The notes below the pieces were generated by a model, which worked only from the letters and a program-made list of their open reading frames with translations, had not been told where the DNA came from and did not search any database. Below, piece after piece: positions 23,689 through 30,726 of a DNA stretch of 32,000 bases (the first letter of the stretch is position 1; each line of letters begins with the position of its first letter). The stretch covers positions 30,001 to 62,000 of the forward strand of contig NC_010632.1 in assembly GCF_000020025.1 (NCBI RefSeq), in the 5' to 3' direction. The translations under genes and the position numbers were made by a program. This stretch comes from Nostoc punctiforme PCC 73102 (GTDB taxonomy: Bacteria; Cyanobacteriota; Cyanobacteriia; Cyanobacteriales; Nostocaceae).

Positions 23689-24249
23689 TTATAAATGCCG
23701 CCAGAAGTTCTTACTGATAGTCTTAAGACTGACAACTGCCGTTTCTACTGTTGCTTCAGGGGCATGACTAACAGCAACCGCAACAGCAATTGGTGCAGGT
23801 GTCGCTAACAGAGAATTGAGTAATCCCATTTGATAATCAACATCTTCTACTGAGCGATATACCCTGTATAGTTCAATTTGCATACCCAAAGGTGTTGGGA
23901 CAATCTTCAGATATTGATTTAGGGCATTGATATAAGCAACTGAGAAATTTCTCTGCTCTACACAAGGACGAATAATCTCTAGTAATTCAATCGCTCTGTT
24001 GATTTCAGAAACTTCACAATTACTATCGATTTGTGACTGACTTCTTCTGTAGCCTTTCATCGTCTTTTCGGCTACCAGATTGTTGAATTTGCTAACGGCT
24101 CTTTGATGATTGCCTAATGGATGGACTTTGGTTTGAGCTTTATAACCGACTCTGCCCCACTGCACTGTTAAGTTACTATCTTCGACAATGGCCGCCCAGA
24201 ACTTATTGCTGTTCTGGATAGCATCAACAAAGACTAAATAGATTTCCAT
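23689..24249 (-). CDS. WGR-domain protein
   Basis: The N-terminus IYLVFVDAIQNSNKFWAAIVEDSNLTVQWGRVGYKAQTKVHPLGNHQRAVSKFNNLVAEKTMKGY is a clear WGR signature. The C-terminal ~100 aa are unassigned. Confidence 0.75.
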   Translation of the reverse strand: MEIYLVFVDAIQNSNKFWAAIVEDSNLTVQWGRVGYKAQTKVHPLGNHQRAVSKFNNLVAEKTMKGYRRSQSQIDSNCEVSEINRAIELLEIIRPCVEQRNFSVAYINALNQYLKIVPTPLGMQIELYRVYRSVEDVDYQMGLLNSLLATPAPIAVAVAVSHAPEATVETAVVSLKTISKNFWRHL

Positions 24250-24262
24250 GTTTCTTACCCTA

Positions 24263-24610
24263 TCAACTCACGACTTGACGGGCATTGCCCCATCGAATTT
24301 GATGCTGTAAAGCTTCAAGTAAGGTTTCAGCTTCCAGAGTTGTTAACCCATTTAGAACAGAGCAGACATCATGCAAATCCTCGGGAATAGAATCAGGAAT
24401 TACTAGCTCACATAAAGCATCTTCAAGGGCTGTAGAAACTGGATATTCAGTTGGGGTGTACTCCTGTTGCATAACAATGTATGTAGACAGAGTTACTCGT
24501 AATAACAGTTTTGTCTCTCTGTCTAACTTCTCTAAGTGTGCGCCGTAATTATCAACCAGTTGGTTAATCAAGTCTGTTTGTCCGTAGTATGTAACTAAAT
24601 CTGTCGTCAT
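24263..24610 (-). CDS. Hypothetical protein (115 aa)
   Basis: ATG ORF ending 13 nt upstream of the WGR gene. No family recognised. Confidence 0.5.
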   Translation of the reverse strand: MTTDLVTYYGQTDLINQLVDNYGAHLEKLDRETKLLLRVTLSTYIVMQQEYTPTEYPVSTALEDALCELVIPDSIPEDLHDVCSVLNGLTTLEAETLLEALQHQIRWGNARQVVS

Positions 24611-24654
24611 TTTCTTCGGTCTATATAATTGTTAAGAAACTGCTATCAATTACT

Positions 24655-24698
24655 AAAAAAAAGAGTGATTGCCCCCATAGAATCAGGAGGCAATTGCT
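24655..24698 (-). terminator. Possible partial intrinsic terminator after the AAA+ gene (minus strand)
   Basis: On the minus strand an imperfect hairpin (AGCAATTGCC...GGGGCAATCACT, 24664-24698) is followed by U8 (24655-24662). Confidence 0.4.
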
Positions 24699-24704
24699 TT
24701 CTCA

Positions 24705-26327
24705 TCAGTTCATATTCCGAAACTTAGCAGCACGCAAAGATTGAGTTTTCGCTGCAACCGCAGGACTACTAGCCCGTCGTGCAGTGGATGCCCAACTCTG
24801 CATCCGTTCCACCGCCGCAGCATCCTGAATCGCAAGCGGGGTAATGGTTTGACGACAGGTTTCGAGGTCAGCAAGTGTTACCTGCTGCGGTCTATCCTCA
24901 TCGAATGCCAGCAGAGCAGCTTCAGATGCTAGCGTTTCCAATTCAGCACCGGAAAATTTCGCGGTGGAAGCTGCGATCGCTTCAAGATATTCGGATTCCA
25001 GGTGAATGCCAAAACGTTGTAGATGAATCCCCAGAATCTGTACACGCTCAGGTTCTGTGGGCAAGTCAACAAAGAAATTTTCATCGAAGCGGCCTTTCCG
25101 TTTTAGCTCACTTGGCAGTGCAGAGGGGTCATTGCAAGTTGCCACGACAAACACACCACACTGTGATTCCGACATAAACGTGAGAATATTGCCCAGAATC
25201 CTCTGTGAGACTCCACTCGTGTCACCAGTTCCCGAAAGTGCTTTTTCTATTTCATCAATCCACAGGACGCAGGGTGCGATCGCTTCGGCAGTCTTTAAAG
25301 CCCGTCTGACATTCCCCTCAGACTCACCGACCAGACTGCCCAACAGGGATGCAATGTCTAGCTGTAGGAGAGGTAAATTCAGTATAGTTGCAATGTTTTT
25401 GGCACAGTTAGATTTTCCTGTTCCGGGTGGGCCAGCCAGCAATACACCCTTTGGTTGGGGTAAGCTAAGACTTCGCGCCTCGACAGTAAACAACCGTCGC
25501 CGACGAGTCAGCCATTCGCGCAATAAGTCAAGTCCGCCAAATGGTATGCTAGCTGGTTTACCCAACTCGATACCCATTTGAGACAGTAGCCGAGTTTTGT
25601 ACTCGACAGCTTTGGGAATGAAATCAGCATCAACGACGACACCATCATTAGTTAAGTTTTCTTTGACTGTTAAGCGAAGGAAATCACTAATTTCTTCTAA
25701 AGTTAAACCCAACGCTGCACGAGAAAGAGTTTCAAATTCAGCATTTTCTAGCGTAACAGTGAAAGTCAATTCTTGCTCTCTAGCAGACTGTTGTAGGTCA
25801 TGCAAATAGGAAGTGATATGCTCAAGTATTTGGTCAATACTAGGTAAAGGGACTTCACAATAAGGAATCAATCTGACTAGGGATTCGTGTAATTGTATGT
25901 TCTGACCCAACAAGACAATGCGTTTATCTGTGGGTTTTAACCGATGGTAAAGGTTTTTTACCTTGCTTAAAATCTCCCAACTCAATTGGGATGAGTTCTT
26001 AGTAATAAAAGGGTGAATGTCTCCAAGAATGAAAACTCCATGACCACTAAAATTAGCAATGTAGTCGAATACAAATAGTAGTGGATCGGACTGTAGAGGT
26101 CTTTTATACTCTGCAACTGGTTTAAACACCAGTCCACCATCTGCCGCAATCAGGCATTGCTCTAAGGTTGATACTCCCAGATTCCAGAAGAACACTGGAC
26201 ATGAGAGCTTGCTCGATGCCTCTGTAGTTAACCACTGAATGATAGTTGCTTCATCGGGGGACAGGACATCAACTGCGGCGATCGGGATTTGTGAATCGAG
26301 CGTGGAGAGGAGATTTGAGAGTTTCAT
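24705..26327 (-). CDS. Classic-clade AAA+ ATPase with a unique ~270-aa N-terminal domain
   Basis: Walker A GVLLAGPPGTGKS, Walker B CVLWIDEIEKA, and a second region of homology VVATCNDPSALPSELKRKGRFD. Confidence 0.9.
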   Translation of the reverse strand: MKLSNLLSTLDSQIPIAAVDVLSPDEATIIQWLTTEASSKLSCPVFFWNLGVSTLEQCLIAADGGLVFKPVAEYKRPLQSDPLLFVFDYIANFSGHGVFILGDIHPFITKNSSQLSWEILSKVKNLYHRLKPTDKRIVLLGQNIQLHESLVRLIPYCEVPLPSIDQILEHITSYLHDLQQSAREQELTFTVTLENAEFETLSRAALGLTLEEISDFLRLTVKENLTNDGVVVDADFIPKAVEYKTRLLSQMGIELGKPASIPFGGLDLLREWLTRRRRLFTVEARSLSLPQPKGVLLAGPPGTGKSNCAKNIATILNLPLLQLDIASLLGSLVGESEGNVRRALKTAEAIAPCVLWIDEIEKALSGTGDTSGVSQRILGNILTFMSESQCGVFVVATCNDPSALPSELKRKGRFDENFFVDLPTEPERVQILGIHLQRFGIHLESEYLEAIAASTAKFSGAELETLASEAALLAFDEDRPQQVTLADLETCRQTITPLAIQDAAAVERMQSWASTARRASSPAVAAKTQSLRAAKFRNMN

Positions 26328-26638
26328 TGTTTTTCAATTTGATAAGGAACTGGAGCTAATTCATCGTGAGTAGTAACAAGTTTCACGACTACTTCATAAA
26401 CTTCGGCATCGCCGTCGAAAACCTCTGCTGTATCGTTGTTCTCTTGGTAGGCGATGCCGAAGGCGGTAAACTACGCTGTTACTATGGCATTCAACAGCAC
26501 ACACAAACCTTCAGTATTCGGCTTGATGATCACGGAAAAAGCGTGTTTTCTGTTGTCCGTAAATGTGAACAAGTGGGTATTCTTTTGGTGGGTAGATAAA
26601 ATCTCTTGGGAGAACCACGACAATAAAGCAATTGGCAA
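26324..26638 (-). pseudogene. ~104-codon ORF interrupted by one in-frame TAG (26471-26473), filling the gap between the DUF2997-like and AAA+ genes
   Basis: Hand translation gives (TTG)PIALLSWFSQEILSTHQKNTHLFTFTDNRKHAFSVIIKPNTEGLCVLLNAIVTA*FTAFGIAYQENNDTAEVFDGDAEVYEVVVKLVTTHDELAPVPYQIEKQ*. AAGGAG lies 11 nt upstream of the TTG. The terminal TGA overlaps the AAA+ ATG (ATGA). The second half has no start codon of its own. Confidence 0.45.
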
Positions 26639-26661
26639 TAGTTGCAGTTCTCCTTTTCTTA

Positions 26662-26874
26662 TTACTGTCTGAGTCTGGTTTGGTAAGTTGAAGTTGTACG
26701 AAGCTGTTGGGTTTGGGCTTCGTCCTTAAACGTGCGATCGCTCTCGCTGACAACTCCAAGTGCTTCTTCAAATGGTTGCGTAGCCGATAAACAAGTCAAA
26801 CCCTTGAATCCCTCCGCCTCCACTCGAACTTCACCTGTAGCATTGTCAAAATGAATCAGTATTGAGCGTTCCAT
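26662..26874 (-). CDS. DUF2997-like small protein
   Basis: MERSILIHFDNATGEVRVEAEGFKGLTCLSATQPFEEALG fits the pattern I recall for DUF2997 (G-x-x-C...T...E-x-x-LG). It starts 2 nt after the upstream stop. Confidence 0.7.
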   Translation of the reverse strand: MERSILIHFDNATGEVRVEAEGFKGLTCLSATQPFEEALGVVSESDRTFKDEAQTQQLRTTSTYQTRLRQ

Positions 26875-26876
26875 AA

Positions 26877-27326
26877 TTATCTCCGTGCAAATTGTTTAAC
26901 TTCTTGGTGTCCAGCAAAGGTTAGGCGTAGGGTTTGCACAGTTCCTTTAGTTGATTCAGCAATCGCACATTCACCAAACCTTTCTTGCAACTCGGCAGCT
27001 TTAGCGCGAACCATTCGTTGTCCATAAGCCAGCATTAGTTTCTTGCTAAAAAAGTCTTGTCCCAATTTCGGAACTGTTTCATAACTGTCGTGTATTACGT
27101 CGTACACGCCGCTTGACTGATTCCACTTGAAACCGATGTCTGCACGGGCTTTTATGGTACGACCAGATACAATGATTTCAGCACTTTGCCCCTGAGAGCC
27201 ACCGTAGTATCCTTTTAGTGGCTGTGCTGTTTGGTGTACTTGCGGATTCAGTTTCAAATCTTGTAAAGCTTGTACCAGACATTCCCGGTTGGTGAGCTTG
27301 GTTTTAACGGTTGAGAAGTGTGACAT
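26877..27326 (-). CDS. DUF1257 (Ycf35-like) protein
   Basis: The N-terminus MSHFSTVKTKLTNRECLVQALQDLKL is the hallmark start of DUF1257/Ycf35 proteins. Confidence 0.75.
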   Translation of the reverse strand: MSHFSTVKTKLTNRECLVQALQDLKLNPQVHQTAQPLKGYYGGSQGQSAEIIVSGRTIKARADIGFKWNQSSGVYDVIHDSYETVPKLGQDFFSKKLMLAYGQRMVRAKAAELQERFGECAIAESTKGTVQTLRLTFAGHQEVKQFARR

Positions 27327-27401
27327 GAGAATTTTGTTCCTATAGTGGTAGAACTGCGGTATTCTTTGTGAGGTGTATATGCATTTTTCGTTTAAGGTAT
27401 T

Positions 27402-27442
27402 TAGTCTTGAGCGAATGCACCCTCGCCCAAGACTATTTTTTT
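27402..27442 (+). terminator. Plus-strand-oriented hairpin + T7 inside a minus-strand operon
   Basis: TAGTCTTGAGCG (27402-27413) pairs with CGCCCAAGACTA (27424-27435) with one mismatch, then T7 (27436-27442). The T7 overlaps the stop codon of the minus-strand 357-aa gene. Confidence 0.4.
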
Positions 27443-28514
27443 ACCTGAATTTAAACGACATCACAGTAGCCTTCGATAAGCCCACGTCCTCAGTCGCAAG
27501 TGATTGTAGATTGCGTTGTTCATCTAACAACTTGATGCGGATCTCTTGCATTTTTTGCTGCAATTGACTGCGCGTATCAGAACCCAGATTCTTAGACTCA
27601 ATCGCTGGATCGTTAACGATAGAATCCAAATGCGTCATCATCGCCTCTAAACTACTGCCAGCCTCTGAGTCAGCATTTGCTAGTAGTACCTGAACCTTCA
27701 TCAAATGGCGTTCCATCTTTTTCTTGAACTGAACAGGTTTGCGCCCTGGCTCCCAATCAGCCAACTCTTCAAGCAACTGCGCTGCCAGTTGTTCACCACC
27801 TGCTAGGGCTGATTCCCTTAGTCGCTGCTCCAGATTTTGGTCATACTGTTGAATGAACTTGGTAATCTGGTCTAAACACTCGGCTTGCTGCTGATTGAGT
27901 TGTTCAGAGAGGGCAGGGATAATCACCGGACGACCAATAACAACTTGCAAATAGTCTTCAAGATCGGTCAGAGTTGGGAATGCTCTTAACAAGTTGGCTT
28001 TAACTGACTCTTGCTTATCCTGTGCTAACTCCCAAGTATTAAGTGAGAGGAACTGGTCAATCCGCTCTTGATAATCAACAAGTCCTGCTTCGTAATCAGC
28101 TTTTAATTGATTGCGTAAACCAGGGGCAATATTATCTCTGATATTGATTAACTGATTCCAAACGAGTGGAGCTAAATCAATTGGACAAACCCAATCGCCA
28201 GTATCAGCAGACATCCACTCTTGAACTGAAGCAATCTCTTGCCTCAATTGGGCAGCAGCTTCATCCAATTTCTTAAATACCTTGATACCCCGCAAACCAA
28301 CTTCGGAATTAGTAACTTTAACAAGGTCTGATTCAATTTCAGAAACTTCAGCTTGTAGTACATCTGCCCATTTAGGAGCAGCCGATTTTGTACTTTTTTT
28401 TAACTGAATACGGAAGCGAATACGGGTTTTATTTAATTGTGAGAAATTGTGGCGCTCGACTACTGCATCAGTTAGGAAATTTGTAGCGATAGTGTTGTCG
28501 ATTGCTTGTACCAT
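27441..28514 (-). CDS. Hypothetical, largely alpha-helical/coiled-coil protein (357 aa)
   Basis: Long ATG ORF with E/Q/L-rich heptad-like stretches. No family recognised with confidence. Confidence 0.6.
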   Translation of the reverse strand: MVQAIDNTIATNFLTDAVVERHNFSQLNKTRIRFRIQLKKSTKSAAPKWADVLQAEVSEIESDLVKVTNSEVGLRGIKVFKKLDEAAAQLRQEIASVQEWMSADTGDWVCPIDLAPLVWNQLINIRDNIAPGLRNQLKADYEAGLVDYQERIDQFLSLNTWELAQDKQESVKANLLRAFPTLTDLEDYLQVVIGRPVIIPALSEQLNQQQAECLDQITKFIQQYDQNLEQRLRESALAGGEQLAAQLLEELADWEPGRKPVQFKKKMERHLMKVQVLLANADSEAGSSLEAMMTHLDSIVNDPAIESKNLGSDTRSQLQQKMQEIRIKLLDEQRNLQSLATEDVGLSKATVMSFKFR

Positions 28515-28532
28515 GATTATTTACCTCAATCA

Positions 28533-28679
28533 TTATTTTTCACTTTCGATTAAGCGAAGCTTTCTTTGTGGTGATTTCTCAAGAGAGCGAATGTCTGTAG
28601 TAGCCCTATAGATTACTTTTGTAGAGCTATTTTGTAGTCGAACAGGTCTTTTAATAACTGGTGGTTTATGTATGGACAT
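28533..28679 (-). CDS. Possible 48-aa basic small ORF
   Basis: MSIHKPPVIKRPVRLQNSSTKVIYRATTDIRSLEKSPQRKLRLIESEK. The ATG is 3 nt after the upstream stop, and the stop is 18 nt before the 357-aa ATG. The only support is tight packing. Confidence 0.25.
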   Translation of the reverse strand: MSIHKPPVIKRPVRLQNSSTKVIYRATTDIRSLEKSPQRKLRLIESEK

Positions 28680-28682
28680 GGC

Positions 28683-28952
28683 TTAAAATAGCTGAAGTTG
28701 CTGTGAATTATCCTGTACTGAGGGTTTTTTATAAACCATACCTTCGACTTCATAGCAACGAGTCATAAGTTTGTTTCGGTTTAGTCGAAAACTGGCTTGT
28801 TTCCTTTGATTAGGTAGAGGTGAAAACAGGAATTGTGGATGTTGAATAGTCCCTGCATCACCCAGATATCGACAAAGCGTACCGTTGATTTGGTAAACTT
28901 TTGATGAGCTTAACAGTGTCGCATCGTACACTTTAATCAAATTTGTTTCCAT
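28683..28952 (-). CDS. Hypothetical protein (89 aa)
   Basis: ATG ORF and first gene of the tightly packed minus-strand series. No family recognised. Confidence 0.45.
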   Translation of the reverse strand: METNLIKVYDATLLSSSKVYQINGTLCRYLGDAGTIQHPQFLFSPLPNQRKQASFRLNRNKLMTRCYEVEGMVYKKPSVQDNSQQLQLF

Positions 28953-29004
28953 CTGACTAGTATTGAAGTGGAGTGTGCAATAATTTGTTGTTGAATCGAT
29001 TTTT

Positions 29005-29044
29005 CTCTACAGCCATGCTAGTTAAGCTTGGCTGTAGAGTTTTT
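29005..29044 (+). terminator. Plus-strand-oriented perfect hairpin + T5 in a minus-strand-only region
   Basis: CTCTACAGCCA (29005-29015) pairs with TGGCTGTAGAG (29029-29039) across a 13-nt loop, then T5 (29040-29044). Confidence 0.45.
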
Positions 29045-29102
29045 CACGCATCATGCAGCAACTTTTTCTTTGTTGGGTTTAGACAATCTAGAACCGCAGC
29101 AA

Positions 29103-29136
29103 GCAATTCGCAATTCGCAATTCGCAATTCGCAATT
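29103..29136. repeat. Heptamer tandem array (GCAATTC) x ~4.9
   Basis: A perfect array read directly from the sequence. It overlaps the stop codon of the four-helix-bundle gene. Confidence 0.9.
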
Positions 29137-29506
29137 AATTTAGCTTATTGATTTTGTCCTTGATTTTTCGAGTAGATGCAACTAGAATCTTTCCAACTTC
29201 CCTAGTTTCTTGAAGTAAGGTTTCAAACTTATTCTTTTCAACTAGTTCGGACTCTATTAGTATCTCTAGCCAATATTCTGTTTCTCTCTCCTCTTTAAGT
29301 GCAATTTCTAATTTACTAAGAAAATCTTTATCAGATTGGGCAGATTGGGCTTCTCGAACATTTGCACCTATAGAAGTAGCACTTCGGAGTAGCTGTTTTG
29401 ATAATGTTCGACAAACTCCAGGTTTTTCATCCAAGAAGGTACAAGCTTTAACTATTCTTATTGCCAAAGCTTTCGTTCTATCAGCAATACTAAACTGTTG
29501 ATTCAT
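29135..29506 (-). CDS. Four-helix-bundle protein of the 23S rRNA intervening-sequence protein (S23p/Avd-like) family
   Basis: ALAIRIVKACTFLDEKPGVCRTLSKQLLRSATSIGANVREAQSAQSDKDFLSKLEIALKEERETEYWLEIL is the typical family signature. The ATG at 29506 has a GGAG 9 nt upstream. The track start at 29572 reads through the heptamer array (NSQFAIRNSQF) and is unlikely. Confidence 0.8.
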   Translation of the reverse strand: MNQQFSIADRTKALAIRIVKACTFLDEKPGVCRTLSKQLLRSATSIGANVREAQSAQSDKDFLSKLEIALKEERETEYWLEILIESELVEKNKFETLLQETREVGKILVASTRKIKDKINKLN

Positions 29507-29518
29507 ACATTTAGCTCC

Positions 29519-29552
29519 AAATTGCGAATTGCGAATTGCGAATTGCGAATTG
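29519..29552. repeat. Heptamer tandem array (AATTGCG) x ~4.9, the inverted complement of the 29103-29136 array
   Basis: A perfect array read directly from the sequence, 13 nt upstream of the ATG at 29506. Confidence 0.9.
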
Positions 29553-29665
29553 TTTTGTACGTTGTCCAACATTAAACTTTGGAATTCCGTAGCCTCGTGG
29601 AAGTGTGATTGTTGGTTGCATTTTTCTTCCCTTCGCGTTAATTATTGATTGAAAGTGCTATTCGA

Positions 29666-29938
29666 TTACAGATAGAAATGCTCAAAAATCTGATTGAGTT
29701 TTTCTTTTAATTCATCAGTCAGAGCATTAAAATCAAACTCGTCTGATTCCCAAACTTCATCAATACTGGTAGACTCATCAATAATGTTTGCAATCAAACA
29801 AGATTCATTGTCATAGTTCCAGCCATTTGCTAAAAGCCACGGCAGAATTCCCTCAGATTGCAATAGTTTCTCAATATCGAATGAGTCAGAAAACTGCTGT
29901 AAATTTTCGATACTAGGGTGAACGATGGTTGTAGTCAT
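29666..29938 (-). CDS. Small, strongly acidic hypothetical protein (90 aa)
   Basis: ATG ORF, D/E-rich (e.g. IIDESTSIDEVWESDEFDFNALTDELKEKL). No family recognised. Confidence 0.45.
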   Translation of the reverse strand: MTTTIVHPSIENLQQFSDSFDIEKLLQSEGILPWLLANGWNYDNESCLIANIIDESTSIDEVWESDEFDFNALTDELKEKLNQIFEHFYL

Positions 29939-30037
29939 TTATTGTGATTGCTAGTAGTGAATACACAGCGCAGCAAGCTGTAGACAAAGCTTGAGCAACA
30001 TCTAATTACAGTTGCCCAAGCCCTATTTCCGATTTCG

Positions 30038-30592
30038 TTAAAACGCTATCTCATTCGCAGCTTTTGTTACAGCGATTGCTTGTTTACTGATTTCTCGCCA
30101 ATCGCTTTGCTCGTTGTAGGATGCCATTACTAACTCACTATTTACCCACACACGACAGAACAGCACACTTTCGTCAGTCGTTCCTGGCTGTGGCTGTAGC
30201 GTAATTGGAGAATACAACTGTTCTGGGGTCAAAGTTGCGATCGCTGCAAGTATGCACTTTGAGAAATGGGTATCGTAGCCTGATTCTAAGATATATGTCC
30301 GGTCTGCTTGAACAGTAATTAACAACTTGCAAGATTCTTTTTTACGCCGTTCTGTATTCTCGAACCGCAGTTCTTTAAGATACCCTGTTAAAGCAGTTTG
30401 GGGAATATCACTCGGTTCACCGTTTAATGTGTACCACAGCCCTCCATGCTGACGATTACAGTAGATTCTGCAATTGCCAGCTTCCGAGTGTAATCCCAAT
30501 TTCGGCTTATTGATTGCTGCAACCAACTGCTTGAGTAGCTCCTCTTGACGCATCAGGACAGCAAGTAATTCGGCATTTTCTTGAGGGGACAT
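30038..30592 (-). CDS. Hypothetical protein (184 aa)
   Basis: ATG ORF. No family recognised. Confidence 0.5.
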   Translation of the reverse strand: MSPQENAELLAVLMRQEELLKQLVAAINKPKLGLHSEAGNCRIYCNRQHGGLWYTLNGEPSDIPQTALTGYLKELRFENTERRKKESCKLLITVQADRTYILESGYDTHFSKCILAAIATLTPEQLYSPITLQPQPGTTDESVLFCRVWVNSELVMASYNEQSDWREISKQAIAVTKAANEIAF

Positions 30593-30726
30593 TGTTCAAT
30601 ACCAATACATTTCACTTTCGCATTGGCGAAGCCATTGCCTACAGATGTATCTATCAAGTGTAGAGCCAATAAAACAGCGCTCCTGTTGATACAAAAGCGC
30701 TTTATAAAACAGTTATTTGATTAAGA

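Noticed and set aside
24741-25809. Four plus-strand ORFs (24741-24932, 24875-25177, 25057-25581, 25597-25809)
   Set aside because: They are antisense to the AAA+ ATPase gene. They are Ser/Arg-rich, as is typical of antisense frames.
26366-26771. ORFs 26366-26599 (+), 26454-26672 (+) and 26511-26771 (-)
   Set aside because: The plus-strand ORFs oppose a uniformly minus-strand operon. The ORF at 26511-26771 overlaps the DUF2997-like gene out of frame. The TAG-interrupted frame, coupled at both ends, explains the interval better.
27373-27567. Plus-strand ORF 27373-27567
   Set aside because: It spans an intergenic hairpin and the antisense of the 357-aa gene's end. There is no RBS or motif.
29103-29552. 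Heptamer arrays as a CRISPR array, or the four-helix-bundle gene as evidence of an rRNA operon or a DGR
   Set aside because: The arrays are contiguous 7-mers without spacers. No rRNA sequence, reverse transcriptase or template/variable repeat pair is visible in the window.
29507-29572. ATG at 29572 as the start of the four-helix-bundle gene
   Set aside because: The extension is translated from the heptamer array (NSQFAIRNSQF). The ATG at 29506 has a GGAG at a proper distance and gives a family-typical length.
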